The notes under the pieces: generated by a model
The model's input: the letters and a program-made list of their open reading frames with translations, nothing else
Databases searched by the model: none
What the model was told of the DNA's origin: nothing
Source of the DNA: Laetmonice hystrix
Taxonomy: Eukaryota
Assembly (NCBI GenBank): GCA_965235115.1
Contig: OZ249436.1
Span: forward strand, 51,212,001 to 51,276,000
Reading direction: 5' to 3'
Length of the DNA stretch: 64,000 bases
Made by a program: the position numbers and the translations under genes
Part shown: piece by piece, positions 12,279 through 24,500 of the stretch
How the letters are laid out: every line of letters starts with the position of its first letter
Numbering within the stretch: position 1 is the stretch's first letter

Positions 12279-15200
12279 CTAGGACTGCGGGTGCGGGGGA
12301 TGCTCCTTATCTGGGATGAAGACAGATATTCTTTTCCTCAGAAGCTCCACCTCAATTGGCATCAGTTCATAGTGTTCGTGGTCGAAAGAAAACCATGAAG
12401 TGCTACCCTACAATTATACAAATAATTAATTACAGTGGGTTTGTCATAGAAAGCGTCTGAATATGATTTTTTAAACACGGATTATAGGAAAGTGAAGAAT
12501 TTTAATGATAGACTCAACTCTGTTTTTCAACAGCATCAAGGTATTACAGTACAAATGTATATTACTTTTTCCATTGTTTGATCCACGTATGCAGTTTACC
12601 ACGGTTATATGGGGGGAAAAAGGAGTTTCAGGTTAATCACTTCAGGAAAGTTGCAAATGGTGACATAGAGTAGGGTGAAAGTGGCAGGTTAAGGGTCAGG
12701 TTGAGTATGTATAAACTAACCTCCTGGACGGTGGGAATCAGATGAAAGTGTTGGGCCGGCAGCACCATGAAGTGGTCTGGACTGGGTCCCTCCTTAATCC
12801 TCCTCCACCTGTGAAACACAACACAATCACTCATAGAAATACATCTTCCTTCACCTGTGAAACACAACACAGGAACGGGACTAAACAAATCTTATCACTC
12901 ATAGAAATACATCCTCCTCCACCTGCGCAACACAACACAGGAACGGGACTAAACAAATCTTATCACTCATAGAAATACATCCTCCTCCACCTGCGCAACA
13001 CAACACAGGGATGGTACCAAACAAATCTTATCACTCATAGAAATACATCCTCCTCCACCTGTGAAACACAACACAGGGATGGGACTAAACAAATCTTATC
13101 ACTCATAGAAATACATCCTCCTCCACCTGCGAAACACAACACAGGGATGGGACTAAACAAATCTTATCACTCATAGAAATACATCCTCCACCTGCGCAAC
13201 ACAACACAGGGATGGGACTAAACAAATTTTATCACTCAAAGAAATACATGTTCATTATCTAAAGACCTTGAACTACGTTGGAAATGAAAAAATTGCATGG
13301 AATTACTGAAAGATTTCGTATATATCCACTTACCCTTCCTTGATGAAAGCACTTTTGCTCATAGTTTCTGGACCCAGTAAAATATTGACTCCTTTATCAT
13401 TCTGTCAGTAAAATAAAAGGTTTAAGTGTACTGCAAAGTGAGCCACATAAGTTCTTACTTATTTTTTGACCAGACACAATCAGTTATTATGAAAATACCC
13501 CTTATTGTCTACCTAAAACCAGATGCCTAGCCAACAACAGTTTTAAAGACACATTAACTATAACAGCAGGCACTGTGGTCAAATTTAAAGGGAGGGTAAA
13601 CACACACAGCAAATAAAGTTTCGTAGACCAAATGGAACACCAGCATTTACCTCAGGGCAATAAATAAGTGAATAAAATCGCCTGAAGTGTGTGAACAGCT
13701 GAGTGCTTACCTTGTCTGGGCTGTCATTATGGGTGTTAACCACAAACTCCATCGTGGTTACATCCTTCTCGTGAAGCTGGCCACATTCCACATTGGTCAC
13801 GTTACTGAAGTCTTCCTTCACAACTGTCGACCAGTTAAAGATCATACAAGGTTATAATGAACTCTGGGGGGCATAGTTATATCATATTGTTGAGGTCACG
13901 ACTTAACTCTTTAACTTAATTCTTTGTTATTGTTCCAATTCTACATAAACATAAAAAGAAATTTTCTTTAAAAAACATAAAGTTTGAACCTGTTATCTGT
14001 ACTTCAGTCCAACATTCCTTCATCTAATATCCTTCAATGTCTCTAGAAGAGCCTCCAGATCCCTATAACAAACTACCTGACTACCAATGTTAAACAAAAC
14101 CTTGCCAACCAATAAAAATAATTTGATAAGAACAGAAAAGAACAACCTTCTTGTTTTGGTGGGAGAAAGATGTGCCACCATCTCCACGTTGGAGTTGGTG
14201 GGGGTGTGTAACAGGTGGAACAGCCATCACACGGCAGGATGTAGGTCAGTTTGGCCTGGATAGCTGGAGGCCAGTCAGTTAGGCAGGCCTTTAACCAGGG
14301 TATACGCTCCTTCAGGGGCCCAAGATACCAATACCTGCCCAAAACACAACAAATGAGTTCTGTCTTCTATGCCTCAAAGTAATCTCTTAGTATTAACTGT
14401 TTCACCATCTTGGTATAGAGGTATGATGCTCTTATAATGTCATTCTTAGTTCTTAAAAATAAAACAATTACTAAAGATATCTAACCCAAAGCCAGTTCAC
14501 TGATGAAGTATACAAAATACAATACGAAACAGCACTTACTTTGGTTTTTTAATTTCAGCCTCTCTGAATGGTCCCCAGGTAATATTAGACAGAGCAAACA
14601 CATTCTTGTTTTCATCCCCCTGAAAATAAAACATCGAACAGAAACCTAAAAAGTGTGGACATTTTTCATGGACTTGCATAAATATTCAAGTTTATACTGG
14701 TTGTTTCTGGAGGACTGACACTAAAAACTGATCGAAATATATTGATGGCAAACCTTAATGTGCATGACGTCTACTTGTTTTGTACGTCCCTTCACTACAC
14801 TCAATGCTGCCTCGACAAGTCTGGTCACCTCAGACTGGTCATCACCATACAGACATTTCCCCAATGTGTTCGCCGTGCCAAGGGGGATGAAGCCAATCGG
14901 AATATGCACCATCTTTTCCTGCAGTGAAAAGTTTCACTTGAAGACATTTTTTTAGTAAAGAACAAATTTACAGTAAATGTCTTAGATCTTTCCTTGCCAA
15001 AAACAACCAAGATTATAAAAACTAAATAATGAAAAACTGGGAGTATTACAGACATTTTAAGACAAAATTTCATTCTAAAAGACTTGAGAATCAGATCTAG
15101 CACACATCAGTCTACTACAAACCTTTGTACAAATAATGTCATTTCAATCATAGATTACCTGATCTGGTCTCCTTAGCAGGCCTGTCACTACCTGCAGGCA

Positions 15201-18200
15201 ACAAGCCAAACATCAATATATTTTTTTTAAAGTTATGCAACGCCATTTTATTCATTCACATTTCAGTGGGTTGGCTTAAAGTAGTATATATTTTAGGCAG
15301 TTTAAAATTTTTTACACAGGCTTTAACTGAACATTAACCTTGCCATAACAAATGAAGAAAAGAACAATATTACATAAGGACTGATGAGAAGCTGACCGAA
15401 TGAAGTCAGTAGGCTTACCTCCAACAGTGTGCCATTTCCCCCGGCGACCACAATGGCATCAGTGTCCTCAATAACCTCCATGAATTTCTTGACCTGGCCT
15501 TCGTACTCTGTCTGTTAAAGTGGTCCAATAATGAATCAAAAACTATCTCATTTTGCCACAAAAGTAAAGGATAAATTTATGTTGTCACTTTCATATGGTC
15601 AACTTACCCCACATGCTTACACTTATTTACAGGTTCTCAATAAGACCTTGTCACACCCATATGACCCTCACTCCAACTCCTGCCACTACCTAAACTACCT
15701 GACTGCCCTTTACTAGTGAATAAAGCATTCTTGTCAGAATTAATTGACACAAAACCACAGTTTCTTGATTGTTGGTTGGGTGGCTTGAACAGGGCCGCCA
15801 CTCAGCGTTTCCATTAAAGTCAGACAAGCCATCCTCGGATAGGGAAAAAAGAATTTCAGCACAATTTCAGTGTTTTTTTAACTATAATCTTGGAGAACTG
15901 CTGGTATTCAGAAGAAGCCTTTTCTTCACCCCAGCTGAAGATATCAAATGTTTGTGGCAGGCATTATTCTTTTAACACCTGAAATATTCTTTTTATCTTT
16001 GAGATTATGGTCCTAAAAAAAGAGTTCACAAAACAGATCACAGACCTTCACTACTGTCACCTCCATGCCAGCAAGGTAGAGGACTGGTGCCACATTCTTC
16101 TCAAACAATTTTCGACTCTTCCTGCATGCAAAATAGAGATATGTCAAATGTTTCTCAAAATCAACCATGACTCAGTATTTCTCAAATTTTCTTTGGGCCC
16201 AAATACCTAAACAGAGTACATTGTAGTTAAATATTCTGAATCCATTGTAATATTGCACTGAAGCAGAGTCCCATTTTCTTACCCATTTCTCGCAGCAGGA
16301 TTGAAGAAAACTGTCACACGACGAGCCCGCTCTCCAGTTTTTATTGGTTCATTGCCATATATCTGAAATTATAATTTATCATTGATTTTAGGGTCTGATT
16401 TGAAGAGGACTGCACAAGGTCTGTGCAGGTAGGGTCCTATGTTTGTAGCTGCTAACCTGACCGTGATTGTACTTCTAGTGGATAGTACATATAGGCATAC
16501 AAACCATCACCTGAGTTTTATGAAAATGGGCACCAATGTTTCTGTACAAAACCCAACTGTAGTTCTAAGGTCTGGTGTACAGGACAACTGAACTCAACCT
16601 CACTGTAGTGAATAACTTAGTCTGATGTATGCAGAGCTCTGCTGAATCTCCAGTCCAGATTCATAAAGATGATAAACAGATCAGATCGTAAAAACAGGAG
16701 CCAGTACTTGTTCCTTGTCAACAGAGTTTTTGGGTCTGAATTTGTGGGAGCAAAAGCCATGAAACGGAACAAATCCCCTTAATTTTAAGGATTCTTTTGA
16801 ACTCACCTTTGCTTCCTCACAATACGCCTGCCTTACCAAGCTGTCCCTGTAATTAATAAAATAGTACAATATAGCATCTTGACTGGTCCAATTCGGGCAA
16901 CACTGACTGAACTTAAATCTCATGAGGGCATGTTTATCACCCCTAAATCAATCTATTTCCTGAGGGTGATGCCCTCTAGACAATCTAGAGGTCCTAATTG
17001 TCAGTCAACAAAGTGTTTACAGGATGGCTGGTCATGTGACCCAGCCCCCAAAATTTAAATAGCATGTTTGATTGCCGACATAATGTATTTGACCTAATAA
17101 GCATACAATATGCTTAAAAGATTTTTGGGTGTGACTATGGTTCATGAATTCTAATAAGGAGCAGCTGATAAGGAGTGGATTGGTTTTCTCTAATGTGTCA
17201 AGCACTTTGTTGTTGTGGAGGCCCAGAAAAATGTGTAACAATGGATGGACTGGTCTTTTACACTGACTTTTCTCAAGTCTCAAAATTTAGCACATCAATC
17301 TTGATCAAATGTGAGACAAATTCCTTGAAGAGATCATGTTGCTCATCACAGAGCCGATGGACAAGTGGTATATTTTTTTGAAAGATTTTGAAAGGGGTAC
17401 ATTTCGGCAGCGGTACACTCCGACCATATATACCATCACACGTAATAAAAAGTATATATTATCGCTCGGATCATCAGGTCAAGTCCGTACTCCAATAAGC
17501 CAGAGACTGCAGAGTCTGATGTCTATGTAATCAGACCTGTTACTGTGTTACACAGTAACACTAACACTAACAGTAACAGGGTCTAGGACTATACTATACT
17601 TGATGTCCAGTGCTGCCAGGCAGTTATCCGTAACCTTGTGCATCGATTCATGTGTAGGCTTGATGCCTCTGTAAATGACATTATTGTTTCGCTACTTGCT
17701 ACCAGTATTTATTATGTCTCCAGAATAAGGAGGCATTGGCTTAACTTGCTACACATTGGCTCTGGTTAGCCGATGTTCTAATCTTTAGCCTTTAGTCTCT
17801 AGTTCCCAGTTTCTATGGACCTCTATGTACTATCATACTATGTAGATGTAGATGTGTCCGCAATAAAGTCCATTGAATTGAATTGAAAAAATTGACTAGG
17901 TACCTGGAGGCAACCTTGCCAGGCTTGTGGAACAGGTTTACGGGCAGAAGGGCAACTGAGTATACTTGAAGCACAGGAATATAGATCTTAAGTTTTCTTT
18001 GTAATATTACAGAAAAAAAAATTGAGAAGAAGGAGTTGGAAAAAATGGAAGAGTGGCATCTCAACAAATTCCTTAATTATCGCTCAAAACACGTGAAATT
18101 GTTTCTAGTATCGATTATATATGGGGACAAAGCTAAAACTTACTCGTAAAGCGACTTTCCAAAATGTACTCCATATGCTGCAACTCCAGAGAAAAATATA

Positions 18201-18253
18201 GTTTTCTTCCAATTATTGCGAATTGTTTTGAAAAACTTGACAACTTGGGCCAT
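12279..18253 (-). CDS. AGK: Acylglycerol kinase, mitochondrial (AGK/MULK), 13 coding exons, 420 aa
   Basis: Exons (plus coordinates): 18144-18253, 16807-16846, 16283-16362, 16046-16121, 15419-15511, 15159-15191, 14754-14918, 14540-14619, 14147-14334, 13711-13823, 13334-13401, 12721-12808, 12279-12407. Total 1263 nt, all GT-AG and in phase. Translation [17 protein letters not shown]...[43 protein letters not shown]...[20 protein letters not shown]...IPIGFIPLG...KYWYLGPLK...[11 protein letters not shown] matches the AGK motifs I recall for the vertebrate protein. Confidence 0.97.
12797..13248. repeat. 68-bp minisatellite (about 6.5 copies) duplicating the AGK exon 12 splice acceptor
   Basis: Unit atcctcctccacctgtgaaacacaacacagggatgggactaaacaaatcttatcactcatagaaatac. 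On the - strand each unit contains ...tgtgtttcacag|gtggaggaggat (or ...gcgcag| variants), the acceptor and first 12 nt of the exon. Confidence 0.9.
17602..17769 (+). mobile_element. 3' fragment of a non-LTR retrotransposon ORF2 (CR1/L2-group-like) in AGK intron 1
   Basis: Translates [55 protein letters not shown], resembling the C-terminal 'A.lRNL...FMCRL..S.N..I....Y.S....W' tail of CR1/L2-group ORF2. Recognised from memory, not by search. Confidence 0.6.
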
Positions 18254-18559
18254 CCTTCCCGTAGACTGTTTCACTGTTCTCCCGCTAGGGGCGAGGGAGA
18301 CGAAGCAACAGTCTACGACTACTGGGGTACCGAAACGTACCCGTAGAAGGGGGTGGGGAAATAAAAAGTTTGAACAACACTAATCAAGGCTAGATTCGAT
18401 AACTCTAGTACCTTTTCAGTAAGAGGGTTCCAGTAAGATCTAGCTGCGCCACAGTTGGCCTATTGGGGAGGGGAGAGTTGTTTGCAGTCGTTTCAGGTTG
18501 TAGGTGATACGGTTTGGATTTTCCGGCTGCCGGGATTTAGACCGGAACAAGTAGTCAAC
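18254..18559. promoter_or_regulatory. Bidirectional promoter region shared by AGK (-) and COX11 (+)
   Basis: Only 306 bp between the divergent ATGs. Contains an inverted CCAAT (attgg), GGGGAGGGG and ccggaa ETS-like sites. The COX11 start lies in caacATGGCGGC, which matches the TISU/YY1 consensus SAASATGGCGGC. Confidence 0.75.
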
Positions 18560-21500
18560 ATGGCGGCGCCCATGAACATTCGGGTAGGTCATTTGCAGAC
18601 GACGTTTCTTCATTCCAAGTTGCAAATGTGGTGTCCGTTAATGGTGACTGATACATTGCCCGTAAAAAATGATGTTTGAAGTTATGTATGGGTTGGAATA
18701 TGTCCTAAAAAGTTAGTTCCGTACCTTGAAGAAGCCCTACATGGCTGAAGATGGGCGATAATGAATGAAATTGAAAGTAGATCTAGTGTTTACGTACAAC
18801 TGCAGTTGTCAATGAGTAAGTGACTCTTTCACCGTCAGTAATTTCAGTCCGATGGCAGGACCAATGTTTTACATTAGACTGACAACAGAGACGGAGGAGT
18901 TTACACACTCTTTGTATGGTATTTGCATTAAAAAGAAAGAAACCCCGATTCTTTCAATTTTAATTTCTTTTTTACAGCTAATACGATGGATACTGAGACA
19001 AGGTCACATGCTGCAAACATCTTGCCTTCGGTTGTCACCAAAGTTTCAACAGTCTCAAGGGCTTCCCCATTTACATACAGACACTCCAGAATTATTCACT
19101 CTGAAAGACATTCTAAGCGCTGAAAATCATATACTTAGATATGGCCAATGTAGATCTCCATTTCAAAGGAAATCTTTCTCATCTTTGGCAAGGCATTTAG
19201 GAGTGAAGTCTGTGAAAGAAGCTAGATTTGGGGGATTGATCATAAGACAAATGGCAGCAGAACCTGAGTGGGCAAATCGAAACAAGACAGCACTCGTATA
19301 CATTACTGCAATAGGAATCTTCATGATTGGGGCCACCTATGCTGGTGTCCCACTCTACCGCATCTTTTGCCAGGTTTGTAAATTCTGAATGATACTTTAC
19401 ATTTTGGCTGTGATAGCAGTGTTCTCCACAGGATAAAAACTCACACCGGCAGTGGGGTACAGGGGCAGCGCCATTGCCGGGGTCCAGGAGGTGGAACCCC
19501 TGGGAGATCCTGGATTATAAGGATTTTTTTTTTTGGGGGGGGGGGGGTAAAGATTCACAAAGTCATCTCCAGCAGCTCAATTACGGTAAAACATCAGTTG
19601 TTTAGGTAAGTAAATCATAGCACAGCATACTGGCGGCCACCTTGGGCACTCAGTACACTGGTGGGAGACAAAAATACACCGGCGGGCCGCTGGTCTACTT
19701 TGTATGTGTGGAGAACACTGGATAATAATTTATCATTTGCTTTACTTATGTGTGTCAGACACAGACTCGAAGAAATACCATCTGTATTTTACTTCTGTGA
19801 CAAGTAGGCCTACATGTACTGGTATACGACAGGCCTACACTTGTGTACTTATTGTGTCCTGGAATATGCATTGCAATATATCGTATAGCTTCATGCTCGC
19901 TCATCTTAGCCCGAGGTGGGACCATTAGTCTGACAGCCCAGTGGTGCGACATACCAATCCCCTATGGGTTATAAGGTTGTGGGTATTGGTTTTAAGGTAA
20001 GAGGGCTGTTGGGCTGTCTGACTAAAGGACCTAGAGCCACAGCCCCACCATGAACTGGAGCAATAAATGTGGTTTTGCTGTTACATACTGGCCGACTGTT
20101 CCATTTTAATCGGAATCGTGCTCACTGGGGCTCCGCCCCCTATACTTACTGGCCCCACCGGGGGCCTAAGCAGCCCCTTGGATCTCTCATGAGTAGTGTT
20201 CAGATTTCTGGTTTTCCAATGTTGGCAGGTACGCAATGATATTATGTTCTCAAATTACTCCCGTCTCACTCTAATGATAATAGGGAAGAAAAGTCAAAGG
20301 AAATGCGCATCTTTTATGCAGATACAAAATGTACTTATATTTTCTTTCCAATCTACATTGTTATCTCCAGGCAACAGGTTTAGGAGGGCAGGCAACTGCT
20401 GGCCATGACACATCAAAGGTTGCAACAATGCAGCCAGTTCGGGAAAGAGCCATAGTGGTTAGGTTTAATGCTGATGTTGCCTCAAGCATGCGGTGGAACT
20501 TCAGACCCCAGCAGTCTCAAGTCAAGGTAATATAAGACTCAAACACAAGAAGAATCACTTTTAATTGAAAGAAAATGGTTTAATTATTTGGACAAATCAA
20601 GAAATTGTGATTTACATGAAGATCAACTTTTTTTAATCTAATTGATTCAAGTCAATATATTTTCCCACAGGTTCTTCCAGGAGAGACTGCTCTTGCATTT
20701 TACACAGCACGTAACCCAACAGACAAACCAATCATAGGAATATCTACGTATAATGTGGTGCCATTTGAAGCTGGTGCTTATTTTAACAAGATCCAGGTAT
20801 GATATTAATTATGGTCTTATATAGAAGGAGAGTTCTGGGATGTTGGGAAGGCAGCTGTTTTAATGGTGGTGTTTGTAAGATTTGTGGGGTTCAGTTATGT
20901 GGGAGTTCATGACCCGCGGGGCTTGTGATGTTTTTCATTCAGAATTGATGATAGTAAATGCATTACTGTATGCTACTGTAGGTTTTTTTGAGAATAAATA
21001 ACAATAAGCATGATAGATAATATAGAAGATTCAAGCCCTTTGCTGTGATGCTGGATAATCATTGCCAACAGTTCATGCTTTTTATGTTTCATCAATATGT
21101 ATACAATGTAGTACTCTGGTGTGGAGTCATTGTGCCTAGGTGTTTTGTTGTGAGGCAGGGATCTCTCTAGGATAGAAATAAAGCGCTCACTTTTGGCATG
21201 CTTCCACGGGTAAAATGAAAATCAGCGCACCTAATTTAATGGCTGGGGGTTCGGGGCTGCTTCAGCCCCCCAAAACTGGAGGGGTAAAGATGCTTTGACA
21301 CTGAATTTCCTTTGGTTAAGGACCTTCTTTGATCCACAGCACAGGGGGAAACTCAAAAAGTAATGACGATAATCGATTTCAAGTTAGAAATTTTGTTTTA
21401 TAGGACTAATTTTGATAGGTTGTCGCTTGCTCTGAGTAGAGTGTCGCTGAAACTGAAAGCACGTCGCCAATAATTTAAGCGTGTCGGGTGCGATGCGCAA

Positions 21501-24500
21501 AAGCGCTTTAGCGAGGTCCCTGGTGAGGGGCAAACATAATCTGTGGGTAGAACACAATCCTCTGTGTAACAATCTGTGATAACCAAAGACCTACATCCAA
21601 GGTATAGTTGGTTGGGCTACAGGCATGATGTAATGATAAACGACACAGTATGGCCACAGGTTGTTACCACTCAGACCACACCTGGTCTTATCCAAACCTT
21701 ACAACTTACATCTGGTGCTGCTCTCTCACACTAAGATGTAAGTGCACAAAGGATAAGTATCTGAAAAATCCCACTATTAAGATATTTGAGTTCTGTACAC
21801 TTAGCAAAGGTTGATCAGGCTTAGCTAATAAATCTATCAAATACAAACGCTAAGTATTTTAGATTGAAAACGATCATCATTGTGCTATGTAGGCCTACTC
21901 ACTGACTGAAACAGCCACGTTGAAATTGGTTTCTTTTTTGCGATTGCCACCAGATGGCAGCACGGGATACTTGACCGGTGCATGGTTCTGTACATGTACA
22001 AAATGTCCAGAAGTTGGCGAAATCTGACCGAGGTCGGCGTCATAAGGTAATAGATGTCTCAGGTCACATTTAGCAATGTCTTGCAACATTTCTTGTCTTC
22101 CATGGAAACGGTGGAAGTACCTTAGCCACAAATCCTTTCCTTTCAGTACAACATTTACACCTTCCATGAAAGTAATATAAAAGTTGTTGACCAGTACCGG
22201 TACATGTTAAGCTGACTTAATAGGAGTTGTACTAGGAGTTGTGCCGATTACCCAAAAGTTTTGATCATTTTCAAAACTTTTTGCTCCTCCCATGAGCTGG
22301 CCCGACCTACTGATATCTCGTACCTATATACATGTAGTGGTTATGTCATGGTACATATGTACAAGGATCCATAATTCCCCGAGTTACCATGAGTTCAAGA
22401 CGAGTTCAGCTCAGCATTACTCGTTGCCCCTTGGGATAAACCTCGGCAGAGTGTGAGTTTTGCTTAAAGTTACATTACGAGCTATGTGCGACTACGAGTT
22501 TCCCCGATTTAACTTTGTTGTAGGTATACAGTTGAACCCGTGACAGGAGAGCAGACGTGACACTAGAGAAGCAGTAATTCCAGTTGAAAACCTGGACCAG
22601 ACAGTTATACGAGTAATTAGTATTTATAAACAGTCCATTACTGTGTCCTGTCAGTCAGGTCATGGCCGCACCTGTAGCGAGTGCACGTAAAGCTTTTCTA
22701 GGAACTTTTATTCAGGAAAGATCGTGCACATACCGTTACGGCATTGTAGCCAAGTTACAAAAACATTTTATTTTTGTTATTTTTTACGGGTGACTTTGGC
22801 GTGAGTCACCCTGTGAGGAGAGTATGGAATCGTGGGCGGCCGGTAAAAACGGGAAACCGTGGACATTGTAAAGTCGACAGATTGTATAGGCATGCCTTCC
22901 CTCAACCGGTTTATAATTTCTATTTTCCTGATGTCCCAGTTATCTCTTCATATGCTAGGGATTTATTGTAATGAAGGATAAATCTGACTAACTTCTTACA
23001 AACCGACAGCTTCGATACCAAACATATAATCCCAGTTCTGAATTTCGTCCTGACTAGTCCCTTTCGTGACTGAAAAGAAGTGAAACACCTTTTCATTTGT
23101 CTTAAACTGCCTTAGTCATCTCACTTGCTTCCAATAATTTGATTAATGTAACATATCAATTACTTTATACAAGAGAAAACTGATGGTTGCACCAAGATAT
23201 AGACGATTATAAAAGCTATGGGTACTAGACTCGTTCAGGATAAATTAAATCTATGAGGTGCCGTAATTATGGAAAGTAATGTCGGGAATTACGCTGCTAA
23301 ATTTGGTTAATTTTCCAGCAGAACCTTTGTAATGAGGGGGTCGGTTATTTAATCCTGCGGTTGGAGTATTTTGTAAGGAATCTTCTCTCCTTGAAAAGAG
23401 CTCAAGTCAATGATGCCGTCGTGTAGAGGCTTTAGTCTTGGTAACAGGATGAAGCTAATATTATGTGCCAAAATATGGCGAGTTCTAGATGAGATATAGA
23501 AGAAGATAAGTGGCCTCTGTCTCGATCGTTTATGTCTTGACTCCTGATTACCGATATACACGTATATCAGCGCTTCCCTCAGACAGACATGCTGGTACCA
23601 CGAGTACGGCGGCTTTGTGCGTGCGGCCATGAAATGGCATGTTCCCTCCGCATGGAGAAATAGAGTCGACTACTTCTAATGGTATTCTATGTCTATGATG
23701 GTATGAAGCTCCGTGTACAAATTAGGTGTAATTACATATTGGTGCATCACATACTGGTTGAGATTGGAAAATCAAAAATTGAGAGTAGGACGGTAAGCAT
23801 AGATTTAGGATGAGTATGGTTTATTTTATGAAAGAGCTTCTGTAAACTTTCACAGACCGAAATCTCGGCAGCTTTCTTGAAGATTACAGCAAGTGCCTGG
23901 ATTTGATTATAAGTTCATAGATTAAGCGGTAGGTGGCAGCACGAGTAAGCACTCCCCCTTGAAGAATGCATCGTCTGCGTCTAATCTTATGATTTTGCAA
24001 CATTATCAGGGGGTACACCCATATAATCCGAAATCAGATTTAATCAGATCTCAGTATCTATCACTTAGTGCTCTCAGTTAATGACGGAGAGGTAATTACA
24101 GTTTTTATCATCAAATCATCATTCTCCTATAAATATAAGAATACATAAATCCTGATATTAATTATATTGTTAAACTGGATCGTTGGGAAAAAAACGTCAC
24201 CTTATACTTCTTCCATGTCTCCTCAGTGAGAGCAGTTTTCCCCATTGCCAGAACAGCCACGTGTCCCCCACCCCCACCCGGGGGGGGGGGGGGTTAGACT
24301 GTCTAAACCCCCTTCACACTACCAACCGAATCGAACCGAGGCGAACCGTGTCAAAGATTCATACTGAGGTACAGTGCGTACTAATCCGTGCGACAGAATT
24401 CGATTCGTTTTACACTACAGTAAATTATAATGTGCATTGAATCACTTTCAATGCCGATTAAACATCTAGTCTGAATGATGCAAATTTTGGAATCGCTGTC

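Noticed and set aside
18584-18679. Continuation of the ORF after MAAPMNIR as COX11 coding sequence
   Set aside because: It ends in a stop after about 40 codons, whereas the cgg|gtaggt donor joins in phase to the 18978 exon.
21895-22167. T-box-like start (MEGVNVVLKGKDLWLRYFHRFHGRQEM)
   Set aside because: The resemblance stops before the diagnostic TKxGRRMFP motif, and no further T-box exons were seen.
23349-23630. Forkhead-like KPPYS
   Set aside because: Only five residues match; the following helix pattern (YIALIxMAI) is absent.
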